Below, in pieces: positions 10,419-20,620 of a stretch of DNA of 64,000 bases. The notes beneath the pieces are model-generated. The model did not search any database and was not told the DNA's origin. It was given only the letters and a program-made list of their open reading frames with translations. Origin of the DNA: an uncultured virus (IMG/VR IMGVR_UViG_3300009285_011187) (lineage: Duplodnaviria; Heunggongvirae; Uroviricota; Caudoviricetes); the IMG/VR virus record IMGVR_UViG_3300009285_011187; one strand, written 5' to 3'. How positions within the stretch are numbered: the first letter of the stretch is position 1; each line of letters opens with the position of its first letter. The translations under genes and the position numbers were made by a program.

Positions 10419-11144
10419 ATGTCAGAACTCGTTTTACACAGAGGAGGAGAACTGGTTACGCTTGATCAGTTGGATCTCATTCAATTGCCGAAGGCGACTG
10501 AAACTTATGTACCGGTAAGCCATTTCGGTTTGGCCAACAAACTGAAAGTCATGTCCCAGGACCTGCTTAAAGGGTTTACTTTATCCAAGGAATCTTATGG
10601 CGTTGCCCGGCAGGGACAGCAACTGTTCGGCATACTGCGATTTCAGAACGGAGATCCGAATATCGGCATGTCTCTGGGATTCCGGAATTCCTACGATCAG
10701 TCTATGTCCATCGGCATCTGTCTTGGCGCCAACGTTTTCGTTTGCGATAATCTGGCTTTTTCGGGCGGCATCGCCATTATGCGTAAACATACCAAGAATG
10801 TTTGGGATGAGCTGGAAGAACGAACGATTGCGGTTCTATATAAGGAAAATTATCGTTATGGCCAGATCGTCGATGATGCTCATCGGTTCGAGGCTCTGGA
10901 AATGAATGACGATGAAGGATTTCGGCAACTGGGCGCCTTGTTCGGTCACGGCGTCATTGGCCCACGACAGCTGGTGGTGGCCAAAGACGAGTGGATTCAT
11001 TCTTCACACGAAGAATTTAATGCCCGCAATGCCTGGTCACTTTACAACTGCGTGACGGAAGCCCTAAAGACCTCGGCGCCGAACGCCATCATGGAGAATC
11101 ATGTACAAGTGCATGAGCACTTCAAGGGGCTCGTGCCGGCATAA
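10419..11144 (+). CDS. DUF932/DUF945-family phage/plasmid protein
   Basis: GFRNSYDQSMS...GANVFVCDNLAF...RKHT and NAWSLYNCVTE; AAGGAGG RBS. Confidence 0.75.
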   Translation: MSELVLHRGGELVTLDQLDLIQLPKATETYVPVSHFGLANKLKVMSQDLLKGFTLSKESYGVARQGQQLFGILRFQNGDPNIGMSLGFRNSYDQSMSIGICLGANVFVCDNLAFSGGIAIMRKHTKNVWDELEERTIAVLYKENYRYGQIVDDAHRFEALEMNDDEGFRQLGALFGHGVIGPRQLVVAKDEWIHSSHEEFNARNAWSLYNCVTEALKTSAPNAIMENHVQVHEHFKGLVPA

Positions 11145-11166
11145 AGACACAAAATTAATCGATTGA

Positions 11167-11225
11167 TGCGGGAAAGGCTGGCTTATAAGCCAGGATTTCG
11201 GGTTCAATTCCCGGTCCCGCTACCA
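11167..11225 (+). tRNA. truncated tRNA-like element lacking the D-arm (pseudo-tRNA)
   Basis: acceptor stem GCGGGA/TCCCGC, hairpin CTGGC-TTATAA-GCCAG, T-arm TCGGG-TTCAATT-CCCGG, 3' ACCA; only 4 nt where the D-arm should be. Confidence 0.6.
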
Positions 11226-11623
11226 AAAAGAAAGTAAACCATGAAAATAATTCTGCATGAAAAACCGGTTATGTTAAACGGCGAAACATTCACGCAAAGA
11301 GACATCGAGCTCGATTTTGCTGTTGATGAATTGCGGGATCTAGTCGCATCGGTGCCTGATCCAGGGGTACCTAGCGCCATCTTCGCGTTTATTAAGTGGG
11401 CACTGGGACAAGGAAGATAATGAACACTCCAAAATGGCAGAAGAAATTAACCAAAAGAGAATTGCTTCATGTTAAAGAATGGTGCAGCGGAACAATGAAA
11501 GGCCTCAAAGCGAATAGAAAATTTCAACGTGAGCATACCAGGCCAAGCAAGCCAGAACCCTGTTGGGAATGCCGAACCATTGCCAAAAAACTGGGGATTG
11601 AATAATGATATAAGGATCGAAAG

Positions 11624-12073
11624 ATGATCAAAAATTATACCTCTACTGTTCCTGTCCAGCGTAGTCTTGCCCACATCGAGGAGCGTCTAGTCAAACATGG
11701 AGCCCGGAGCACAGTTAAAACTTACGATGATAAAGGAAACATCGAAGCATTTTGCTTCGTTTTAATAATCAACGATAAAGAAGTGCCTTTCAAGCTGCCG
11801 GCCCGGGTTGCCAATGTCGAAAAAGTTCTTATTAAGCAAGTTGTTCGCAAAAAAGCAGAAACATTACTGCGCGTCCATGATCAGGCGGAACGCACAGCCT
11901 GGAAGTTGGTATCCGATTGGGTGGATATTCAACTGAGTCTTGTGGAACTTGGACAGGTAGAAATTATGGAGGTTTTATTGTCTTATGTCTACGATCCCAA
12001 AAACAAATGCACCTTATTTGAACGTTACAAGGAAAATTGGTATAAATTAATATCCGACTCTACCAGCAGGTAA
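11624..12073 (+). CDS. conserved-type phage hypothetical protein
   Basis: IKNYTSTV...LVKHGA...FKLPA...QAERTAWK...DWV. Confidence 0.6.
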   Translation: MIKNYTSTVPVQRSLAHIEERLVKHGARSTVKTYDDKGNIEAFCFVLIINDKEVPFKLPARVANVEKVLIKQVVRKKAETLLRVHDQAERTAWKLVSDWVDIQLSLVELGQVEIMEVLLSYVYDPKNKCTLFERYKENWYKLISDSTSR

Positions 12074-12634
12074 ATATTCTGTCTGTTTTTATTGAAATTC
12101 TCGCTCTAGGATTACTGTAATGGGCCAGTTAGGAGTTTGCATCTTCGTCATCATCCCTGAATTCTACGACTCTGAAAAGGGCTACGAGCTAGGCATTGTC
12201 TGGCCTGGCTATCTTGGTGTTTACAGCACTGATTATTTTTGTGGCCATGATCTGGATCTGGCAATCGAATGGGCTAATAATTTAAATCAACGTCAAGGCA
12301 TTAATCCTACATGGTCCAGGGCGATCCTGGAAGCCAGTATTGGCATACATAAAATCCCAGTTTTTTATAAGGCTTAAAAATGGAATGTGCATACACAATT
12401 TACAATGTCTGGATAGCTTTCAGTACCGGACTGTTTCTTGGCATTGTGTCTGGTTTTTTGGCAGCTGGCATCGCATTTTTGGCAAAACATAAAACCAATC
12501 ATGAAAGGAATGAAAAATGGCTTGGTGGGAACTGGAAATAATTGGAAAAGAAAATCTAGATGATGTGGATTTGGATCATATTGCCGATCTAATCAAAAAA
12601 GGCTATACGGAGGGTGAATTAAACGAGGAAGAAT

Positions 12635-14386
12635 ATGATCTCGATTAAACTGAATGATAACATCTTGCAACTGCGTACTCCGTATTCGGAAAAAGATCGT
12701 TGTGTGGCAATCAAGGGTGGTCGCTGGAATCCACACCAGCATGCATGGGAGTACATGGCTACGCCGGCCACAGCACAACAGGTCTTGGCTCTTTTTGGCA
12801 ATGCTATCTCTGGAGACATTAAACCGCGGCTGCAGGTCCTGGCTAGTCGGCTTGTCTACCTGCAGTCGATCTTCAACGAAACGTTCCAGGATATAAAAAC
12901 GCCTGTTGGGCGAATGGAGCCCCGTAAATGTCAGGTCATTTCCTATAATATAGCGCTCATGATGTTTGGCTTTTTCGACGACGAGCCCATCGGCGGCGGC
13001 GCAGGCATCTTTCTTGATATGGGGCTAGGCAAGAGTAAAGTTGTTGTGGACATTATTACGAACCATCCTGATCGCATGAAATCAGTATTGCTGGTTTGTC
13101 CAAACAAGGCTAAAGATGTCTGGATCGGCACACCGAACAAGACAGGTCAGTTCCGGGCCCATGCTATAAACAATCAATTCGATCGACTTCATTTAACGCC
13201 GCTGCTTGGCAATCAGACTATTCAGAAACGTGCTCATTATGCCGAAGAACAGCGCGCGTTCGCTTATCGAACCAATAAGCAATTTATCTGTGTCGTGAAT
13301 TATGAGGCGATTTGGCGCGAGCCATTGGCTTCCTGGGCATTGGAAGTGCCGTGGAGTCTGATTGTCTTGGATGAAGGGCACCGCATTAAAGCAGCCACGA
13401 CCAAGATATCAAAGTTTTTTGAGAAACTTTCCAGGCGCTGCGTAGGAGGAAGCCGTCTGACGTTAACTGGGACTCCGATACCGCATTCGCCATTGGACGC
13501 ATTCGGTCAATATCGATACCTTGATTCCGGGATATTTGGTACATCCTACGGCGCTTTCAAGGCAGAACATGCAATTACAAAAACTATCAAACCAAAGATC
13601 GGTGAACCGGTTTACAATGTCGAAACCGGTGAATTTGAACAACTTCGCGGCAAAGAAGTAGATATCGTGGTCGGTTATAAAAATACCGAGAAACTGCATG
13701 ATAAAATGTTCTCTATCGCTTACTACGTGGAATCCAGGGATGTCATCGATCTACCGTCATGGCAGGATATTGAACGTATGGTAGAACTTGAGGGTGAAGA
13801 AAAGCGGATTTATGCCGAAATGGATAAACAATTTTGCGCGGAGGTGGATGATGGAATTGTTACAGCTGCAAACGCAATGGTCAAACTGCTCCGTTTACAG
13901 CAGATCACATCGGGACATCTTGATAATCGACGCATCGGTACGGCCAAGCAAGAACTTCTTGAAGAAGTGCTTGACGAGCTGGCCGTCAAAGAGCCAATCC
14001 CGATATTCGCAACGTTTCATAACGACCTCGACATCATCGCCGAAGTAGCAAAAAAACAGGGACGGCGGTATGGCGAGCTATCCGGCCGACGCGACGATCT
14101 CGATGCCTGGCAAGGTGGCAAGTACGATGTTCTTGGCGTGCAGATACAAAGCGGCAAGGAAGCTGTAGATTTCACCCGGGCCAGGTACAGTATTTATTAC
14201 AGCCATGGCCTGTCTCGCGGTAATTATCAACAGTCGCGAAAGCGTACCGACAGGACAGGTCAGACCAGAAAAGGCACCTATATTCATCTTTTGGTCGAAA
14301 ACAGTGTGGATATTAAGGTTATGAGAGCGCTGCAGCTTGGAATTGAGGTAACACAAGCTGTTTTACGTGCATATAAGGAAAGATAA
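12635..14386 (+). CDS. SNF2-family (DEAH-like) helicase
   Basis: motif I LDMGLGKS, motif II LDEGH, motif III LTGTP, motif VI QSRKRTDRTGQ. Confidence 0.9.
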   Translation: MISIKLNDNILQLRTPYSEKDRCVAIKGGRWNPHQHAWEYMATPATAQQVLALFGNAISGDIKPRLQVLASRLVYLQSIFNETFQDIKTPVGRMEPRKCQVISYNIALMMFGFFDDEPIGGGAGIFLDMGLGKSKVVVDIITNHPDRMKSVLLVCPNKAKDVWIGTPNKTGQFRAHAINNQFDRLHLTPLLGNQTIQKRAHYAEEQRAFAYRTNKQFICVVNYEAIWREPLASWALEVPWSLIVLDEGHRIKAATTKISKFFEKLSRRCVGGSRLTLTGTPIPHSPLDAFGQYRYLDSGIFGTSYGAFKAEHAITKTIKPKIGEPVYNVETGEFEQLRGKEVDIVVGYKNTEKLHDKMFSIAYYVESRDVIDLPSWQDIERMVELEGEEKRIYAEMDKQFCAEVDDGIVTAANAMVKLLRLQQITSGHLDNRRIGTAKQELLEEVLDELAVKEPIPIFATFHNDLDIIAEVAKKQGRRYGELSGRRDDLDAWQGGKYDVLGVQIQSGKEAVDFTRARYSIYYSHGLSRGNYQQSRKRTDRTGQTRKGTYIHLLVENSVDIKVMRALQLGIEVTQAVLRAYKER

Positions 14387-14736
14387 TGGCTGGTGGAAAT
14401 CGATGGTATCAGAAAAAACTTCAAGAATTGTGTCAAATGTTTGGCGCATGTTGTGCATTGTGCGGTAAAAAGAACGGTGATTATATTGATAATGCTTCGG
14501 ACAAAACAGTTATTTTGCATTTTGCTCATAAAGTAGGTCATAGGTTTCCCCAGGGCAATAATCGTGGTCAAAATCATAGAGTACGTGAAATAATGCGAGC
14601 ACCGCACAGCTTCATACTTCTCTGCTGGTACTGTCACATAAAATACGATAAAGATAATTCTCTCACCGACGAGGAAAGGGAAGCTGAAGCAAGAAGACAG
14701 GCTGAAGAAGCTGAATTAGAGGAGGTGCCATTTTGA
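14386..14736 (+). CDS. HNH-like endonuclease
   Basis: CALCG...LHFAH...LLCWYCH. Confidence 0.55.
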   Translation: MAGGNRWYQKKLQELCQMFGACCALCGKKNGDYIDNASDKTVILHFAHKVGHRFPQGNNRGQNHRVREIMRAPHSFILLCWYCHIKYDKDNSLTDEEREAEARRQAEEAELEEVPF

Positions 14737-14874
14737 ATCTTTTACGAAAGTTTCAAATAAAGTCGCTTTGTTTGATCTGCCGGTCAAGGATATCTGCCCA
14801 AATCACAGCATGTGTTACAGAACTTGTTATGCCTATCGTCAACAACAATATTGGTTGAGGACTGAGGAGGGTTT

Positions 14875-15273
14875 ATGCGGTTAAGTGATTATGTTTTAGC
14901 TTGCGCGGTAGAGGGCGCCTGCGTCTGTAGTAAGTGTCGCGATGCACAAAAGAACCCCGGAGAAAAACAACCTGAAGGCCATACGGTTGATTTGACTTTT
15001 TTCAAGGTGTCATCCCGTGGCGGCCACAGAGATGAATTTCTGTCTTTGGTTCATGCCGAATATCCTGGCTGGCTGGACGGTAAGGAACATAATTATTTGC
15101 AGGTTGGTGGTGACATGGGAGGCCCGGGTATTGCCTTGATGACAATTGGTCTTGGTCATCTTCTCGGTGCATGGAAGGCATTAAGCCCAGACACAATGAT
15201 GCCATTTCTTCATCCTTATCTCAAGCAACAGATGGCAGGTTCAGGCATGGTCAGCTTACTGGCAACCCTATGA
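14875..15273 (+). CDS. hypothetical phage protein
   Basis: GAGGAGG RBS; CVCSKC motif. Confidence 0.55.
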   Translation: MRLSDYVLACAVEGACVCSKCRDAQKNPGEKQPEGHTVDLTFFKVSSRGGHRDEFLSLVHAEYPGWLDGKEHNYLQVGGDMGGPGIALMTIGLGHLLGAWKALSPDTMMPFLHPYLKQQMAGSGMVSLLATL

Positions 15274-16309
15274 GTGACCTGAACAAGAGATTGGCAAGGA
15301 GAAGGAGGGGAAGTAAATGGATTATAAGGCACCGTGGAAATTTGAATGGAACGAGGATTGTGCTCGAGTGCTTGATGCCGATGGAGATGTAGTGGCTGTT
15401 CTCGCGACCGGAACCCTAAAGGCACCCTATTCTGCCGCCAGAATCAAAGCGGTGGGAGAAGATATAGCACGAAAATACATAATGCCGGAACATTACCAGC
15501 GGAACGTCACAGCAGTTATGCAACCGGATTTGTTTGAGGAGGACTGACATGGAAGAACTGAACAAGCGATTGTGTAAGAAGTTGGGGATCGAGTGGCATG
15601 AAGATATCTATGGTGGCGCTGCTTTTGGAGCCTTTTTTTGTTCTTGTAGACGGCAGTTCCCAACACCCGAATTACTTTATGCCCACATAGCAGCAATCAA
15701 CCCCGACTTCAAACGCGACCCTGTGGCGTTGCTGCGGGTGATGATGGAGAGGGAAGATTACGATGAATTTACAATCTCACTTTTTTCCAAATTTATGTTT
15801 TCGGTTGGCGCTTCGCGCGAATTTGCAAGATTAATCACCGACACCACCGGCAAGCTCGCCCTGGCCGCGGATGAGCGGCTGCCGGAGCCCGGGGGTATTG
15901 GACAGATTGACGGCTACATCAGCCACCAAGAGGAATCATATGAATAAAGAAATTGTAAGATATTGCCTTGACCATGGGGGAACCTTCCACTGGTGTTGGT
16001 TCCATCATTATCGGATAATACAAAATTGTCCGAGCCACTGCTGCGATGACATTATCCCTACGTGCAATCTATTTAGTTGTGATTTACAACCAGCCCCAGG
16101 TAACAAATATTTGCGGCCAACTGTATGCACTAATGAACGCATGGTTGTGGCACTTAAGGCTGGATTGGCCACCACCAGGCCGCTGCAACCTGAAGACAAA
16201 CTAAAGTGGATCGCACAACTGGAGTCGTTCGAGGAGAGAAAATGAAGGGACAACCCAACAGACGCCCTGATCGATTTAAGAATCTGGTTGGAGACGAGAA
16301 AGGAGAAAG

Positions 16310-16786
16310 ATGAACCTATCACAGACTGAACTTGACCTGTACCAAGAGTTACAGCCCTACTTCTCGCAGGATTGGGAGGTGGGGGATTTTGCGTATGATC
16401 TGATGTATTATTCTACGAAATTAGTTGTAACGAAAGTATATGCACCGGATAAAATTACAGTATCGGCTAAGGGCGTGGATATTTTCTATGGCTTTGAACG
16501 AGCTATTGATAATTTAATCCGTCTTCCTCTCCCCATCGACCCAGGCGACCCTGAGCGTATCAGCCGGGGAAAGAAGCCGAGGGGACTGGAGGGGATGATT
16601 AAGGAATTCAGAAGTTTAATACTTCAGTCGGATAAAACATGGGTTTGCACCACGTGGGATGCTGGTGCAGACGAGAAAGATGATGAGGAAGGCAATTATT
16701 CTTGTGCCAACCAACGATTTTATTATGGTACTACCCCCACCCTTGCCCTCCTGAAGGCGCTCAAGGAACAGACGGTACAAAAATAA
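16310..16786 (+). CDS. hypothetical phage protein
   Basis: AAGGAG RBS; C-terminal TPTLALLKAL motif. Confidence 0.5.
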   Translation: MNLSQTELDLYQELQPYFSQDWEVGDFAYDLMYYSTKLVVTKVYAPDKITVSAKGVDIFYGFERAIDNLIRLPLPIDPGDPERISRGKKPRGLEGMIKEFRSLILQSDKTWVCTTWDAGADEKDDEEGNYSCANQRFYYGTTPTLALLKALKEQTVQK

Positions 16787-16789
16787 TCC

Positions 16790-16818
16790 TTGACATTGCG
16801 AAACGCATTTTATAGGAT
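16790..16818 (+). promoter_or_regulatory. sigma70-type promoter for the replication module
   Basis: TTGACA-17 nt-TAGGAT in an intergenic gap. Confidence 0.6.
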
Positions 16819-16884
16819 AACAGCAGCTCGTAGGGAGTACCTATCGTTTCCCTATCAAAAATCTATGATACAAAGGAGAGGTTA

Positions 16885-17148
16885 ATGATAAAAGAAAATC
16901 AAATACCTGATGTTTTTAGCGACAAGTGGTTCAAGTTGATTGGTGAAAAAATCGCCGATCTGGGTATCGAGAACAAAGGAGATCTCGAAAGGGCCTGGTT
17001 AGCTGGAACCAAGCAAAAAATCATCGTCAGCATTACAATCGGCGAAACAAGGCCTCCAAAGGTCAGGATTCAAATGAAGTCTACCTTGAGTAAGATGGAT
17101 GTTGAAGTGGAACTCAGGCCTGAACAGCAGAAATTAGATGGGATTTAA
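16885..17148 (+). CDS. hypothetical protein
   Basis: AAAGGAG RBS, 87-aa ORF. Confidence 0.55.
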   Translation: MIKENQIPDVFSDKWFKLIGEKIADLGIENKGDLERAWLAGTKQKIIVSITIGETRPPKVRIQMKSTLSKMDVEVELRPEQQKLDGI

Positions 17149-17192
17149 AACTGTCTCATTTTTGAATCATACAAGGAAGGAGTCATGCAATC

Positions 17193-17639
17193 ATGGAAAT
17201 GAAACTAGCAAAAAGATTGATAGAACTTGATACCCTGGCCGATAAGTTAAAAATAGAGTTAAAAGCCGCGGAACTCGAAATAACAGCTATCAAAGAAGTC
17301 TTGCAAAAACAGTTCGTCGAAGACGGCGTCAGCTCGCTTGCCGTCGATAAAAAGTTAATTTATCTTTCTTCGCAAATTTGGGCCGGCACGGCAGAAAATG
17401 CAACAAATCTTCAGGTTGTTGATGCGCTTAAAGCTATCGGGCGTGAGGATGCAATATCGTACAATACTCAGTCTGTTTCCGGGTATGTGCGCGAAATAGC
17501 CAAGGGCTACGAAGACTGGGTAAACAAGGACAATCAGATCATTGCTACGCCGGAACAAATACTTGCTGTTCTTCCGGGCGGGCTGTCAACGCTGCTTAAG
17601 ATTACCAGGAAAACTGATGTACGTGTCAGGGCAAAATAA
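17193..17639 (+). CDS. coiled-coil phage replication-module protein
   Basis: AAGGAG RBS; N-terminal heptads; lies upstream of the SSB-like gene. Confidence 0.5.
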   Translation: MEMKLAKRLIELDTLADKLKIELKAAELEITAIKEVLQKQFVEDGVSSLAVDKKLIYLSSQIWAGTAENATNLQVVDALKAIGREDAISYNTQSVSGYVREIAKGYEDWVNKDNQIIATPEQILAVLPGGLSTLLKITRKTDVRVRAK

Positions 17640-17661
17640 TCATTAAACAAGGAGGTATTTT

Positions 17662-18408
17662 ATGGCAACAAAAAAGAAAGCAGAAGCAAGTGTACCAGCG
17701 GTTACTGGCGATAATGCGCCGGATCTCAAAAAATATGTCTTTCTGGGCAGTGACGCAGTGGACATTATCCGGGAAAATTTGGGCAATCAGCCATTAACGC
17801 CCGCTGACTTTGTGCGTATCAAGTTTCCTACTGGCGGCAACATTTTTTGGAGTATCCCGACGCTTGAAGGAAAGGCAAAGCCGGTTGACGTCATCGAAGG
17901 CATTATCCTTATGCACCGCGATATACGGTTATACTGGAAAGAGGATTATACCGGCGCCAAAACACCGCCCGATTGCTTCTCGGACGACACCATCACCGGT
18001 CACGGAGATCCTGGCGGCGTTTGCGAATTGTGTCCATTCAATGAATTCGGTTCTACGCGCAAAGGTACAAAGGCCAAAGCTTGCAAGCAAATGAAACTTC
18101 TTTTTCTGATGAAACCAGGAAACAGTTTGCCGATCATTGTCCCGGTTCCGCCTACCAGCCTAAAGCCGGTGAAAGAATTTATGCTGCAACTGGCCATGGA
18201 AGGGTTCAAGTACCGGCATGTCGTTTTGTCAATCGGACTCGAGTCTGCCAAAAACGAAGGCGGCATTGAATATGGCCGCATAGTGCCAGTCAAGCTGGCA
18301 TCGCTTCCTGATGAAGCCTGTGCCCAAATTGATGCCTATGTTCGGCAATTCGAGGGTCTTTTTGCCAAAGTCAGGGCCCAAGACCTCACAAAAGAAGACG
18401 TTGAATAA
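17662..18408 (+). CDS. putative ssDNA-binding/annealing protein
   Basis: PPDCFSDD...CELCPFNEFGS...KACK and VPPTSLK motifs, acidic C-terminus; inside the replication module. Confidence 0.5.
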   Translation: MATKKKAEASVPAVTGDNAPDLKKYVFLGSDAVDIIRENLGNQPLTPADFVRIKFPTGGNIFWSIPTLEGKAKPVDVIEGIILMHRDIRLYWKEDYTGAKTPPDCFSDDTITGHGDPGGVCELCPFNEFGSTRKGTKAKACKQMKLLFLMKPGNSLPIIVPVPPTSLKPVKEFMLQLAMEGFKYRHVVLSIGLESAKNEGGIEYGRIVPVKLASLPDEACAQIDAYVRQFEGLFAKVRAQDLTKEDVE

Positions 18409-18415
18409 TCGCCCT

Positions 18416-18462
18416 TGACATGCCGGCCGGTTTTAAGTTATCAACCACCGGTCGGCATGTCA
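18416..18462. terminator. long hairpin between SSB-like and primase genes
   Basis: TGACATGCCGGCCGGT ... ACCGGTCGGCATGTCA inverted repeat followed by TTTGTT. Confidence 0.5.
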
Positions 18463-18487
18463 TTTGTTCTTTAGCAAGGGGTCCGAT

Positions 18488-20266
18488 ATGACAGATACCG
18501 CTATGCAGTTTCTTCATGTTCTATTTGATGATAAACCACCAAATGCCAATATCCTTATCTGGCAGAATAAAACAAAAAAAATAAGCACCTGGTTCACGGA
18601 TATAGATGAAGCCGCTGAATTTGCCGTTAAAAGTCAAGATTGCGATACTTATGTTGGCTGCGGCGTATCAGCTACAAGATTATCGGCAAGCGTCAGGTGC
18701 AAGGCTAATGAGATTGCGGGTATTCCAGGTCTATGGTTAGACGTCGATCTTCTGGATCCGGCACACCAGAAAAAAAATCTTCCGGAAACAATCGATCAGG
18801 CCATGGAAATTGTCAATGCTTTTCCAGTAAGCCCAACGATCATTGTTCATAGTGGGCACGGGATTCAATGCTGGTGGCTATTTGATAAGTTTTGCTGGTT
18901 CAAAGACGCCACAGAACATACTTTTATGGCCGATCTCCTGAATTACTTCAACCAGGCCATGGCAGATGTAGCATCCACAATGCACTATGCGCTTGATAAG
19001 ACATACGATTTATCAAGGGTGATGCGTATTCCGGGTTGCTTGAATCATAAACATGGTACGCCAAAAAAGGTGACACTGTTACGTTATTACCAGGGCAACC
19101 ATTATCCAGTTTCAGTCCTGGTTGATCGTCTGCAATTCCTAATCAAAGATGTTCTCAAAGATAAAGCTACTGTACCAAAAATAAAGTCAATTCATTTAAT
19201 CAAGACTCAGGCCACCGATGGCATTGTGCTGGATTCCGAAGCCGAGCCGCCAAAAAATAAGTTAGAAGCGCTCTTGGAAATCGATCCCAAATTCAAGGCA
19301 ACGTGGGAAAGGAATCGTAAAGATTTCAGGGATCAGTCTCCATCAGCGTACGATATGTCATTGGCCAATTTTGCCAGGATTGCTGGCTGGTCGCAACAGG
19401 AAGGCATTAATCTTATGATTGCTTTCCGCAGAAAACATAAACTGCCGCAAAAATTGCGAACCGATTATTATCGCCATACATGGCAGATAGCAGAGGAAGC
19501 CCTGGCAAAACAGGAAGGCCTGGAGGAGTTGGGCGGTGTAGTAACTGATGCGCGTGATCGGCAACTACAAGGAAAGTCCATTGGCCCTGATTTAATTAAA
19601 CAGGCAAAAGAAACTCTATCCAGGCTGCTAAAAATAAGCATAAAACGCATTCTACGGTATCTTCTGGACCCGGTTGAGTACCGACTGGAGTTAGAGGATG
19701 GCCGTAGCATTCATCTCGGCGCCGTGGAGAACTTGATCGAACAATCAAGATTTCGTCGCAAGATTGCCGATGTTATGAGTTACCTTTTGCCGGGATTCAA
19801 AGCAGCTGAATGGCATACCATCGGTCAGGCACTGCTTAATATTTCTGTTGATGAAAAAGTAGGCGATGATGTGTCCACGCTGGGGATAATAGAGAGCTGG
19901 ATAGTGAGCTACCTTGATTATGATAATCCGGTTTATACCCCTGGCGATGCTCTTATAATGAACAAGCCATTTTTTTTTGGCGCGTGCCTCTATATTTTTG
20001 GCGAGGCGTTCAGGCGGCATGTGCGTCGGTTTTGCGGAGAACAATTGAATCCCAAAGAGATGGGTCTGTTGTTCAAAGAATATGGATTGCAATCCACGCA
20101 CATGAACTTTCAAAAAGTCGAAGGAAGGGGCCTGACAAGCCGGGTAGTCTGGTATCGCAGCATCAATGAAGACGCGTTGCTCAGATCATATTGCGACATG
20201 GATTTACTATCTGAAGGAAAAAGAATGCACGAGGAAAACAGACGGATAAGTGATGTAGTATCTTGA
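18488..20266 (+). CDS. archaeo-eukaryotic/RepB-type DNA primase-polymerase
   Basis: GLWLDVD (DxD), VHSGHGIQCWW, DLSRVMRIPG motifs; DQSPSAYDMSLA helical domain. Confidence 0.75.
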   Translation: MTDTAMQFLHVLFDDKPPNANILIWQNKTKKISTWFTDIDEAAEFAVKSQDCDTYVGCGVSATRLSASVRCKANEIAGIPGLWLDVDLLDPAHQKKNLPETIDQAMEIVNAFPVSPTIIVHSGHGIQCWWLFDKFCWFKDATEHTFMADLLNYFNQAMADVASTMHYALDKTYDLSRVMRIPGCLNHKHGTPKKVTLLRYYQGNHYPVSVLVDRLQFLIKDVLKDKATVPKIKSIHLIKTQATDGIVLDSEAEPPKNKLEALLEIDPKFKATWERNRKDFRDQSPSAYDMSLANFARIAGWSQQEGINLMIAFRRKHKLPQKLRTDYYRHTWQIAEEALAKQEGLEELGGVVTDARDRQLQGKSIGPDLIKQAKETLSRLLKISIKRILRYLLDPVEYRLELEDGRSIHLGAVENLIEQSRFRRKIADVMSYLLPGFKAAEWHTIGQALLNISVDEKVGDDVSTLGIIESWIVSYLDYDNPVYTPGDALIMNKPFFFGACLYIFGEAFRRHVRRFCGEQLNPKEMGLLFKEYGLQSTHMNFQKVEGRGLTSRVVWYRSINEDALLRSYCDMDLLSEGKRMHEENRRISDVVS

Positions 20267-20272
20267 AATAGT

Positions 20273-20541
20273 TACATTAATCACAATAATCACCATAACG
20301 ACACACAAATCACCATAATAATCACCATAAGTGCCCCTGCTGCTTAGGTTAATCATAATTGTCACCATTTTTTGAAAAAAAATAATGTGACTTTTATATA
20401 TAAGGAAATTTTGATAGACAAGAAAACAAAATAATATTTACAAATATGGTGATTATTGTGATTAACATAATATATACAAATATTTATGGTGATTATTATG
20501 GTGATTAATGTGTCATTATGGTGATTATTGTGATTAATATA
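20273..20541. repeat. AT-rich nested inverted repeat with 9-bp iterons; probable replication origin
   Basis: 58-bp arms 20273-20330 and 20484-20541 are near-perfect reverse complements built of AATCAC(C/A)AT units; a second shorter inner IR; non-coding, between primase and helicase. Confidence 0.75.
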
Positions 20542-20620
20542 ATATTTCTATATATATACAGACTTCTATCCACAGGCAGCACCGTGGAATAAGCGTTCTA
20601 AATAATGGGGTGGTGCAATT

